A DNA stretch of 64,000 nucleotides from Candidatus Helarchaeota archaeon (lineage in GTDB: Archaea > Asgardarchaeota > Lokiarchaeia > Helarchaeales > RDOG01): the NCBI GenBank assembly GCA_019058315.1, contig JAHPZH010000001.1, forward strand, positions 1,329,432 through 1,393,431, given 5' to 3'. Positions 49,286-57,627 of the stretch are shown one piece after another. Below the pieces are notes generated by a model that searched no databases, had not been told where the DNA came from, and saw only the letters and a list, made by a program, of their open reading frames with translations. A program made the translations under genes and the position numbers. Every line of letters starts with the position of its first letter. Position 1 is the first letter of the stretch.

Positions 49286-49801
49286 ATGGTGAAATTAATG
49301 GTGAGTACTGAAGAGAATCTGAAAACTGCATTTGCAGGTGAAAGTCAAGCAAATAGAAAATATACTGCATTTTCGAGGAAAGCAGAAAAAGATGGATTTC
49401 CTAATATTGCAAGAATGTTTAAAGCAATTGCAGAAGCTGAAACAATACATGCTATTAATCATTACAAAGCATTAAGTATGGTAAAATCCACTGCTGAGAA
49501 CCTTCAAGTGGCAATTGATGGTGAACATTATGAAGTTACAGAAATGTATCCTCCAATGGTCGAAACGGCAAAAAAAGAGGGACATAAACAAGGAGAACGT
49601 TCAACCCATTTTGCGTTAGAAACGGAAAAAGTCCATGAAAAAATGTACAATGTTGCATTAGAAAAAGTAAAAGCTGGGGAGGACGTTAAAAAAGTAAATT
49701 ATTTTATCTGTCCTGTTTGTGGCTATACATTTGAAGAGGACGATCTACCAGATAATTGTCCAGTGTGTAAAGCAAGAAAAGAATCGTTTATGAAATTTTA
49801 A
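49286..49801 (+). CDS. rbr: Rubrerythrin (paralogue)
   Basis: Same diiron and rubredoxin motifs; probable start at the second ATG (49298) after GGTGA. Confidence 0.95.
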   Translation: MVKLMVSTEENLKTAFAGESQANRKYTAFSRKAEKDGFPNIARMFKAIAEAETIHAINHYKALSMVKSTAENLQVAIDGEHYEVTEMYPPMVETAKKEGHKQGERSTHFALETEKVHEKMYNVALEKVKAGEDVKKVNYFICPVCGYTFEEDDLPDNCPVCKARKESFMKF

Positions 49802-49815
49802 AGGAGTTAGAAAAA

Positions 49816-49989
49816 ATGCCTTTTTGGAAATGTGAAAAATGTGGTTATATCCACGAGGACCAACTACCGCCAAGTGAGGGTATCTGTCCAAGTTGTAAAG
49901 ATACCTGCACATTCAAAAATGTAACATGTTATTTACCAGAATGTGGTCATGAAGCGGGAAGCAAAGAACACATAGACCCTAGACTATAA
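49816..49989 (+). CDS. Small rubredoxin-like protein (57 aa), missed by the ORF track
   Basis: AAGGAG SD at 49801, then MPFWKCEKCGYIHEDQLPPSEGICPSCKDTCTFKNVTCYLPECGHEAGSKEHIDPRL*. Confidence 0.88.
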   Translation: MPFWKCEKCGYIHEDQLPPSEGICPSCKDTCTFKNVTCYLPECGHEAGSKEHIDPRL

Positions 49990-50032
49990 TTCTTTTTTTT
50001 ATTCTTTTTAAAATGAAATTTAATTAATATAC

Positions 50033-50941
50033 TTATTCATCTGCCAGAATTTTAATTATTCGAGGATGGATATATTCGCAAATGCTTAAAGAAGAACCTC
50101 CATGAGTATTAATCAAATAACGACCTTCACAAACTTCATTCGCTGCAGATTTAACCATTTTTACTAATTCTAAGAAAAAATCTCTACTTAAGCCACGATC
50201 TCCATAATCGCCACGTGCAGTATCATGTCCTAATAAATGTAAAATTATACTTGGACAAAATTTTTTAATTCTATTGATGAATTCTTTATCAACTTTTTTT
50301 AAATATTCTTTATCAGTTGTTGAATAACCTGAATCAACGCAAATTTTTGTATTTTCATCTTCTATTCTATTTGAGCTACAAAAACAGACATGGAGGACAT
50401 TATGATTTCCCATAGTAACATTTCGAGTTCCATTTCCATGATGTGAGTCTGTATCTAGTATTGCAATTTTGATATCTCTGAATTTTTCTTCAAGATTGGC
50501 AATTACTGCTCCAGATACTGATGCGTAAGTACCTCCCCAAGCAGAATCTTTTTCTGCATGGTGCCCCGCAGCCACACCAAAACATAGAGCATTTTTGAAT
50601 TCCCCTTTTACAATTCTTTCAGCTGCTTCAACACATCCACCAATAGTATAACGGGCACCTTCATAATCCCACCTAGTTTTAAGACGTTTAAAATATCGTT
50701 CTGTATGAACTTTAAGGAGTAGATTTTCAGAAACCAATTTTGGTTCAATCAATTTAACGTTTTCAATCTTTAATTCATTTTCCATTACAGTAGGATAATT
50801 TTGAAATTTGTTATTTATTATATCCCAGATTTTTTTATTAAAAAGATCATGAAAATAAACAGCTGTAATTCCTTGCAATTTACTTTTCATTCCTATCATT
50901 TCAATAAGTATTTCATCTTTCAAAATAGGAGAAATAACCAC
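50033..50941 (-). CDS. Histone deacetylase-family (Zn-dependent) protein, divergent; true start probably ATG 50899 or 50890
   Basis: LLKVHTERY, AGHHA, ILDTDSHHGNGT, GHD..GD. Confidence 0.85.
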   Translation of the reverse strand: MVISPILKDEILIEMIGMKSKLQGITAVYFHDLFNKKIWDIINNKFQNYPTVMENELKIENVKLIEPKLVSENLLLKVHTERYFKRLKTRWDYEGARYTIGGCVEAAERIVKGEFKNALCFGVAAGHHAEKDSAWGGTYASVSGAVIANLEEKFRDIKIAILDTDSHHGNGTRNVTMGNHNVLHVCFCSSNRIEDENTKICVDSGYSTTDKEYLKKVDKEFINRIKKFCPSIILHLLGHDTARGDYGDRGLSRDFFLELVKMVKSAANEVCEGRYLINTHGGSSLSICEYIHPRIIKILADE

Positions 50942-51452
50942 CTAAAAATCCTAAAATTATAGTAATTATGATATTAGTGTCAATTATATCAAGAATTATA
51001 ATTGGTTCTGTTGGGAAAGGAAGTTTAAATATTAAATTTTCTGTAAATAAGTCAATAAGAACTAAAATTAAAGCAATAATAAAGAGAATTGTACCTATAA
51101 GACCAATTTTATTCTTTCTTTGAAAGGAAATTACACCACCGATAAAAAATAGAGTGTTAACGATAAAAATTAGTATAATATTTATAATATCTAAAAGATT
51201 ATGCCACCTAAGAAATGATATAAGATCACTTAGTAGATCTAAAATGTTTGTAATGCCATAAATTAGCCATCCATTTAAGGAACTTCCCATTGATCCTTTT
51301 AGATTTATTGCAGGAATAGAAAAACCTAGGAAAGGGGAAATACCTAAAATTAAAAGAAAAATTGCGTTTGACAATAATAAAAAGCCGGCAATTTTAAATT
51401 TAGGATCTCCCGACTTTTCTTTTTTTAATTTATCCAAGGTATAATCCTTCAT
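50913..51452 (-). CDS. Hypothetical membrane protein
   Basis: About four hydrophobic segments; overlaps the upstream lipase gene by 4 nt. Confidence 0.65.
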   Translation of the reverse strand: MKDYTLDKLKKEKSGDPKFKIAGFLLLSNAIFLLILGISPFLGFSIPAINLKGSMGSSLNGWLIYGITNILDLLSDLISFLRWHNLLDIINIILIFIVNTLFFIGGVISFQRKNKIGLIGTILFIIALILVLIDLFTENLIFKLPFPTEPIIILDIIDTNIIITIILGFLGGYFSYFER

Positions 51453-52537
51453 ATTTTATCAGTTAAAAGATCTATTACAAAATTTTTTCTTGATGAACTT
51501 GGTGTAAGAAGAGACCCGTGAGATTCGTAATCCCAAACATAATTTTGAGCACCATTCAACTTTGCACTACGCGGAGCAACTAAACCATCAGTTCCTACAT
51601 CCATCCAAAGAAATAATTGTTGAAGCAAATTTAAAATCAATATATTTTTTCCTCGTTCCCAATCATCATATTCAAAAACCGTAAATTCAGCCTGCATATG
51701 CTGAAAATAAGCTAAATAATCAAATAAAAACCTGCCAGCAATTGTAGTCCAGGTAATATTTGCATCATACGGAGTTTCATCTCCAGCAACTTTCAAAGTC
51801 TCAAAATATGGACTATTTTTTCTGATTTGGATTAGCTGGTGGTTTAAATCCAAAATATGATGATAAACATAACTCATTAACAAACTTATAGTGGGATCTT
51901 CCATAATTAGAAGAATTCTTAAATAGATTAGATAATCTAACAAACCTTGATATGGATGAGAACCTTTACGAAAAGCTATAGCGAGTGATCCCTTGTTTGG
52001 GGTTCCCATTGTGATTACATCATCTATATTGATACCACTAGCATTTAAATTTGGATAATAATTACAAATCAAATCACGAACAACTATGCCACCCATGGAA
52101 TGACAAAGAAAATCAACATCGGTAAAATTTGAAGAATTTAAATATTGAAAAAGATAGTAGCTTATATTGGAAATATCTGTCTCTAAATCTATTGGATTAT
52201 GATTTCCTATGTAGTTTTTAGGTTCAGAACCGCTTCCATCCCAATAATAATTTATTGCAACGACTTTATTGTAGTAATTTGCGTAAATATTTGAATCATT
52301 CCAACGATCAAATACACTGGAACTAGCAGCATGCCCATGAATTAGAATTAAAGATTTGTTAGTTCCTCCATTTTTAGGAGCAGTTGGTCTATGAATGGGA
52401 GTTCTTATTGAAGCAGTAACGTAACAGATATTCTGTTCTAATACTGAATTATTTCTATTTATCGGAATTATTGTTAAGAATAAGCAAGTTATACTAATAA
52501 ATGATATAAATATCAGTGATTTTTTTGATGATTTCAA
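51449..52537 (-). CDS. Secreted or membrane-anchored lipase/esterase (PGAP1/lipase_2-like alpha/beta hydrolase); probable TTG start at 52537
   Basis: KSSKKSLIFISFISITCLFLTII signal-like segment, LIHGH, CHSMGG, ITMGTPNKGS, TDGLV, SH. Confidence 0.85.
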   Translation of the reverse strand: MKSSKKSLIFISFISITCLFLTIIPINRNNSVLEQNICYVTASIRTPIHRPTAPKNGGTNKSLILIHGHAASSSVFDRWNDSNIYANYYNKVVAINYYWDGSGSEPKNYIGNHNPIDLETDISNISYYLFQYLNSSNFTDVDFLCHSMGGIVVRDLICNYYPNLNASGINIDDVITMGTPNKGSLAIAFRKGSHPYQGLLDYLIYLRILLIMEDPTISLLMSYVYHHILDLNHQLIQIRKNSPYFETLKVAGDETPYDANITWTTIAGRFLFDYLAYFQHMQAEFTVFEYDDWERGKNILILNLLQQLFLWMDVGTDGLVAPRSAKLNGAQNYVWDYESHGSLLTPSSSRKNFVIDLLTDKI

Positions 52538-52629
52538 GTCTAAACTACCATTGGTCTCTTTTCTCGTATAGTAATAAAAATTTTTATTACTTAATGTGTT
52601 ACTTTTTTTTAAAATAATAATAGAGGTTT

Positions 52630-53829
52630 TTGAATTTGAAACCAAGTGTATTTTATACTGATGAAGAGCAAAAATTTAGACAAGAAGTTCATGATTTTGT
52701 ACAAGATAAAATGCCTCCTTTTGTCGATGATATTATCGAAGGAGGAAGAACTCATGATTTTGAACCATTAAGGAAAGCCATTAAGCTTTTGGGAAGTAAG
52801 GGGCTAATTGGGTCAATTCATCCAAAGAAGTATGGTGGTACTGAACGTGGAATGATAGGAGAGGCAATTGTGGCTGAAGAAGTAGCCAAAATAAATGGAG
52901 CATTAGAACTTACTAGATTAGTTACAGCAACATTATTCGGAATGCCTTTATCTTTCTATGGTTCTGAAGAACAAAAAGCAAAATATTTACCAAAAATATG
53001 TAGCGGTGAATATCTTGGCTGTATTGCAATGACTGAAGATCAAGCAGGTTCGGATTTAGCAGGAATGCAAACCATGGTTAAGAAGGAAGGAGACGACTAT
53101 GTAGTAAATGGACATAAGAAATATATTACTAATGGAGGAGTTGCAGAATTAGTTGCATTATTTGCAGTTTTAGAAGATATTGAGGATAAAGATCCAAGAA
53201 AAAAACTTATTGGACTTCTAATTGATACAAAAAATACAAAAGGATTTAATGTAGTCTCACAATTTGATTTAGCAGGCATGGAAGGGGCATCAAACGTCCG
53301 CATAGAATTCGATGAAATGGTTGTTCCAGGAAATATGGTATTAGGTAAAGAAGGACAAGGTTGGGAAATATTAATGTCAGAATTGAACGAAGAGAGATGT
53401 GGTATGGCTGCCGATTGCGTTGGATTTGCCCAAGAGGCTTTTAATTTGGCATTGAAACATTCTAATGAACGGGTTCAGTTTGGTATGCCAATATCTCGAC
53501 AGCAAGCAGTTAGTTTCAGAATAGCAGATGCTTATACAAAAATTCAAGCCGCAAGATTGTTGACTCTTGAAGCTGCAAGATATATCGACATGCATGATCG
53601 TGCTGCAACAATGTCAGCTTCGATGGCATTTGCATACGGATCAGAAATGCTCCTTGATGTTTCAGAGGGTATGTTATTAACTTTAGCTGGTGAAGGAGTT
53701 GCAAATCGAGCAAAACAAGCCGCGGTATTTCATAGAATGGGTCCCATCATGTGGGTCGTTGGAGGGACAACAGATGTACAGAAACATATCATACAAAGAG
53801 AACTTTATAAGTCTTTAAAGAAAAAATAA
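52630..53829 (+). CDS. Acyl-CoA dehydrogenase family protein
   Basis: EEQK.FR, YGSEEQKAKYLP, AMTE..AGSD, NGHKKYITNG, ERVQFG.PI, GGTTDVQ. Confidence 0.95.
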   Translation: MNLKPSVFYTDEEQKFRQEVHDFVQDKMPPFVDDIIEGGRTHDFEPLRKAIKLLGSKGLIGSIHPKKYGGTERGMIGEAIVAEEVAKINGALELTRLVTATLFGMPLSFYGSEEQKAKYLPKICSGEYLGCIAMTEDQAGSDLAGMQTMVKKEGDDYVVNGHKKYITNGGVAELVALFAVLEDIEDKDPRKKLIGLLIDTKNTKGFNVVSQFDLAGMEGASNVRIEFDEMVVPGNMVLGKEGQGWEILMSELNEERCGMAADCVGFAQEAFNLALKHSNERVQFGMPISRQQAVSFRIADAYTKIQAARLLTLEAARYIDMHDRAATMSASMAFAYGSEMLLDVSEGMLLTLAGEGVANRAKQAAVFHRMGPIMWVVGGTTDVQKHIIQRELYKSLKKK

Positions 53830-53992
53830 AGTAATTTTTTTATTTTTCTTTTTTTATTTTCTCCATTTATTTATTAAATCCCATCTTTTAAATTAATTCT
53901 AGCAATATATTAATATTATTACTTATTTAATATTAAATGTTTCAATTGAAAATAGTTTATTATACAAATTTTGTTTAAATTAAACAAGAAAT

Positions 53993-55153
53993 ATGATAAG
54001 GGTTTTTATTTTGACGGAAAATAATGATAAATATTATAAGAAGATAGCTGATGCACTTTTGTTACCTAAAGGAATGAGAAAAGATCTTTTTAAAATATTA
54101 AAATTTTGGTTTACTCCAGAAGAAGCTAAAATTGTATCGGTTTTTGGAACATCAATGATGGATTCATATCCTGTTGAAAAAATAGCTAAAAAAACGAAAG
54201 AACCCGAAGAAAAAGTTGCAAAAACTTTAGATAAACTTGCTAAAAAGGGTCTGATATTCACTTGGCATAACAAAAAATTGAATAAAAAGATGTATACAAT
54301 TCCAATGTTATTCCCTGGATTATTTGAATGGTATTTTGCAAGCAAGTTTAATAGTATGGATGAATTAAGAGAGGCGGCAAAAGCGTTTCTCCCGTTAGAG
54401 AGTAATTTTATGAGTATGGCATCAAATTATCCAATTTCCCGAGTTGCTCCTAGTATTAAACCATTGGAGAAAATAATTGAGGTTAATAAGGGTGTCGAAG
54501 TCGGAAAAGGTCAGGTATTAATATTTGAAGATGTCAAGCAGATTCTCCAGAACTCATGGAAAATAGCCGTCATGCCTTGTCCTTGCAGAATATTCCATGG
54601 AATTTTAGGAGATGCTTGTGATAAACCAATTGAGGTTTGTTTTAATTTAAATTCATCAGCTGACTATGTAATCAAAGAGGGGATAGGACGAGAATTAACA
54701 GTTGAGGAAGGAATTGATGTATTAAGAATGGCTGAAGAAGCAGGATTAGTACATGTTATAAATAATCAATCAGATAAATTTACATTTATCTGTAATTGCT
54801 GTGATGATTGTTGCGGTTTTCTTGGAACAGCTAACAAATATAACTTGATAAATAAGTCCATTGCAAAATCGAACTACTTCCCTAAAATTGATCATATGAA
54901 ATGCAAGCGGTGTAAAAAATGTTTAAGTTTATGTCCTGTTAATGCAATTTTTCTCAATTATGGTGAAAAAGAAGATCTATCCGATTCTTTTATTACCATC
55001 CGGGAAGATTTGTGTATAGGATGCGGGATTTGTGCTACTAACTGTTCATGGGATGCTATTACACTAGAAAAAATTGGTAATGTTACGGATGCAGACCTAG
55101 AAAGTAAAATTTGGCAAGCAGGTATGCGAAGCCGTCAAGAAAAATTATTTTAA
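53993..55153 (+). CDS. 4Fe-4S dicluster protein with N-terminal HTH-like domain
   Basis: FTPEEAK...LAKKGLI, CPCR......C......C, ICNCCDDCC, CKRCKKCLSLCP, CIGCGICATNC. Confidence 0.88.
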   Translation: MIRVFILTENNDKYYKKIADALLLPKGMRKDLFKILKFWFTPEEAKIVSVFGTSMMDSYPVEKIAKKTKEPEEKVAKTLDKLAKKGLIFTWHNKKLNKKMYTIPMLFPGLFEWYFASKFNSMDELREAAKAFLPLESNFMSMASNYPISRVAPSIKPLEKIIEVNKGVEVGKGQVLIFEDVKQILQNSWKIAVMPCPCRIFHGILGDACDKPIEVCFNLNSSADYVIKEGIGRELTVEEGIDVLRMAEEAGLVHVINNQSDKFTFICNCCDDCCGFLGTANKYNLINKSIAKSNYFPKIDHMKCKRCKKCLSLCPVNAIFLNYGEKEDLSDSFITIREDLCIGCGICATNCSWDAITLEKIGNVTDADLESKIWQAGMRSRQEKLF

Positions 55154-55417
55154 AATTTTTTCAACTTTTTATAGAATTTTTTAATTTTTTTGTTTATTTC
55201 TAGAAAAAAAATTTTCTATTAATATTCAATATTTTTTTTCAGTCTGAAGTCAAGTTTTTCTTTTTGAGATCAAAATTCTTTGAAATTATTCTTTTCAATC
55301 TGAGATTTCAATTTGTTTTTGGGCATTTTTTTTAATTAAAATTTTTTGAATTGAATTTTTTGAACTTTTTTTTTCAAATACTTTTCTTTCTAAATTTATT
55401 CAAATTCAAAATATTAG

Positions 55418-55459
55418 TGTCAGACGAAATGTCAGACAACTGTCAGACATATTTAAATA
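55418..55459 (+). promoter_or_regulatory. Triple TGTCAGAC direct repeat (pseudo-palindrome TGTCnGACA) abutting a TATA-like box; probable operator
   Basis: TGTCAGAC at 55418, 55430 and 55441; TTTAAATA at 55452; lies upstream of an RHH gene. Confidence 0.7.
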
Positions 55460-55545
55460 ATAATTCTGTTTCTAAAATATTGAATAAAAATATTTTATGG
55501 TGAATAATATCTGCATAATATTTTGAGTTTGAGAGGATTTTAGGA

Positions 55546-55809
55546 ATGATTAAAGAAAATAGAGTTACTTTTCGCCTTAAAGATTTTACAATAGAACAAT
55601 TAGATGAATTAGTCAAAGAGAAGGGATATGAAAATAGGTCTGCTCTAATAAATCAAGCAATTAAAAAGCTAGTTGAAGGAAAAGAGGATAAAAAATTAAA
55701 GAAACATTTGAAATTTTTTTATGATATTTTTGTTAAAAATGCCTCAAAATTTGTTATGGATATAAATGAAATAGAAAAAGTAGAACTTATTGAGGGTGTT
55801 TTAGATTAG
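55546..55809 (+). CDS. Ribbon-helix-helix (CopG/NikR-type) DNA-binding protein
   Basis: RVTFRL.....QLDELVKEKGYENRSALINQAIKKLV; SD GAGAGGA. Confidence 0.85.
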   Translation: MIKENRVTFRLKDFTIEQLDELVKEKGYENRSALINQAIKKLVEGKEDKKLKKHLKFFYDIFVKNASKFVMDINEIEKVELIEGVLD

Positions 55810-55825
55810 TAAATTATCAGAAATA

Positions 55826-56077
55826 ATGAGACAAAGATTGTTGGAAGATAAACAAAAAGAAAAGAAAAAAGAAAAATCCAGAAAAAGAAAGCCTAAAGAG
55901 GGAATAATAAAACCGAAAAGAATTAGAAAATCAAAAAAAGGTTTAAAAGTGAGACGGGGTGGACCCACTTTTCGACAACTTATGTTTATTGCCGAGATGT
56001 GGAAGATTCCTAATTCTACAAATGTAACTTCAAAAACAAAGTTGAAAAATATGATAATTAATTTTTTAGAAGAATAA
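55826..56077 (+). CDS. Small very basic hypothetical protein
   Basis: 83 aa; K/R-rich N-half and a short helical C-domain; lies 16 bp after the RHH gene. Confidence 0.6.
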   Translation: MRQRLLEDKQKEKKKEKSRKRKPKEGIIKPKRIRKSKKGLKVRRGGPTFRQLMFIAEMWKIPNSTNVTSKTKLKNMIINFLEE

Positions 56078-56089
56078 AAAGCTTGAATA

Positions 56090-56230
56090 TTTGGTTTTTT
56101 TAAGCTATTGAACTAGCCCTCCCTAATGGGAGGGGATTCGTAATTCATCGAGGACGGCTGATATAGCATCAGTCTAACGTCCTCTCCAAACGCATCGACC
56201 GCAGTTCCTGCGGCAGCATTATTATTAATG
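56090..56230 (-). ncRNA. Predicted TnpB omega/reRNA (3' end of tnpB plus right end, with flank-derived guide)
   Basis: Established TnpB biology places this RNA over the element right end. A hairpin is seen at 56117-56134. The 5' boundary is approximate. Confidence 0.55.
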
Positions 56231-57506
56231 ATTTTGATATGATTATTTTTAAGACATTTTAACCCTTCTTTTTTAATATTGATAGAGGCATTAATATCTC
56301 TATCATGGTGGGCAGAACACTTAGGACATGTCCAAACTCTATCGGTCAGTTTTACATCTTTGTTTTTAAAACCGCATTTGGAACAAAGTTTGGAACTTGG
56401 AAAATAACGATCTATTAAGACAAGATACCCTCCTCTGTCTTCCATCTTATATTTTAGAATATTTATGAATTGATTCCAAGAAAAATCAAGTGTAACCGAT
56501 TTAGATACACCCGAATTGAACTGTTGCATTCCTTTAATGTTCAAGTTTTCTAATATTATTCCCTCAAAATGCTGACTCATACAAAACGTTAGCTTATGTA
56601 CCCAATCCAGTTTACGGTTTCCTATCTTCTCATATAGGCGGGCTAGTTTCACCCTTACTTTGTTACGATTACTACTTCCCTTTTTCTTTCTACTCAACGC
56701 TCGGTGTAGTTTTTTCAACTTACCCTCTTCAGTTCTATACCATCGGGGACTTGAGAGTTCTATCTCTTTGGCTATCAGAAACTTAGAAACACTCATGTCA
56801 AAGCCGATAATAGTCTCCTCTCTTATTACCTGTTTTGGGAGAAGGGTATGTTCGGTCTCTATCAAAATGGAGGCGAAATAGGTTCCAGACCTATTTTTGG
56901 AGACCGTTATGTGATGTATTTCCTCATGAAACATACGGTTATCACGATACCGTATCCACGTCTTTATCTTGGGCAGTTTTAATCTCTTCTTTCTAAAATC
57001 TAGCTTACAGTTGTTATTAATATTAAACGTGGTGTAGGACTGCTTAGACCTCTTAGACTTAAATCTCGGAGACCCCTTCTTTATCCCCTTCTTAATATTC
57101 CTGAAGAACCCATCATAAGCGGATTTTAGATGTCTCCACTCACATTGTAATGCCTTTGCATCAACCTCCTTTAAAAACGGAAACTGTCCTTTATACTCCC
57201 TCTCCGTTTGATATGTATGGGCATAAAGAGTCTCCTTGTCATCCTTTAACTCTTTATATACTTTAATCCTCTCCTCTAACATCTTATTATAGATGAACCG
57301 ACAGCAGCCAAAGGTTTGATCTAACAATGCTCTCTCTTCTCTATTGGGATACAACCTAACCTTGACTGCCCTATATAGCTTCATCAGCTACTCTATCTTG
57401 GTTACCCTATTTAAACCTCTAGAGACTTCTTGATAATTGAAAAAAATTACTATGTTGTTGTTGTATTCATCCCCGCCTGAAATCAGGGGCATTCTGCAAT
57501 TTTTAG
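56108..57506 (-). mobile_element. Non-autonomous IS200/IS605 (IS1341-like, tnpB only) element with IS608-like ends
   Basis: Minus-strand left end TTTAC|CTAAAAATTGCAG-AATG-CCCCTGATTTCAGGCGGGG. Right end GAAT-C-CCCTCCC ATTA GGGAGGG-CTAGTTCAA|. No tnpA. Confidence 0.85.
56113..57384 (-). CDS. tnpB: TnpB RNA-guided endonuclease (IS200/IS605 family)
   Basis: N-terminal KVRLYP...FGCCRFIYN. RuvC I GFDMS, RuvC II ILENLNIKG, Zn ribbon CSKC..CPKC, RuvC III DRDINASINI. GC is visibly higher than the flanks. Confidence 0.95.
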   Translation of the reverse strand: MKLYRAVKVRLYPNREERALLDQTFGCCRFIYNKMLEERIKVYKELKDDKETLYAHTYQTEREYKGQFPFLKEVDAKALQCEWRHLKSAYDGFFRNIKKGIKKGSPRFKSKRSKQSYTTFNINNNCKLDFRKKRLKLPKIKTWIRYRDNRMFHEEIHHITVSKNRSGTYFASILIETEHTLLPKQVIREETIIGFDMSVSKFLIAKEIELSSPRWYRTEEGKLKKLHRALSRKKKGSSNRNKVRVKLARLYEKIGNRKLDWVHKLTFCMSQHFEGIILENLNIKGMQQFNSGVSKSVTLDFSWNQFINILKYKMEDRGGYLVLIDRYFPSSKLCSKCGFKNKDVKLTDRVWTCPKCSAHHDRDINASINIKKEGLKCLKNNHIKIINNNAAAGTAVDAFGEDVRLMLYQPSSMNYESPPIREG

Positions 57507-57627
57507 GTAAAAAGTAATAAGATATTATTTTCGATTTTTCAAAATTAATTTGCAATCCTAGTTAGGAATACTTAATAATTTTTTTTTGAAGGAAATTCTG
57601 TTAATAAAGCAATAATAAGGAATTTCA

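Noticed and set aside
52538-52645. N-terminal 36 codons of ORF 51449-52645
   Set aside because: They overlap the divergent acyl-CoA dehydrogenase start and the AT-rich promoter region. The signal-like segment begins at TTG 52537.
55154-55410. Long T-rich intergenic tract as an ncRNA, SECIS element or hidden gene
   Set aside because: I found no stable stem or SECIS-like core, only an 18-codon minus-strand ORF, and no upstream gene has an in-frame TGA needing recoding. It is best explained as terminator/low-complexity spacer.
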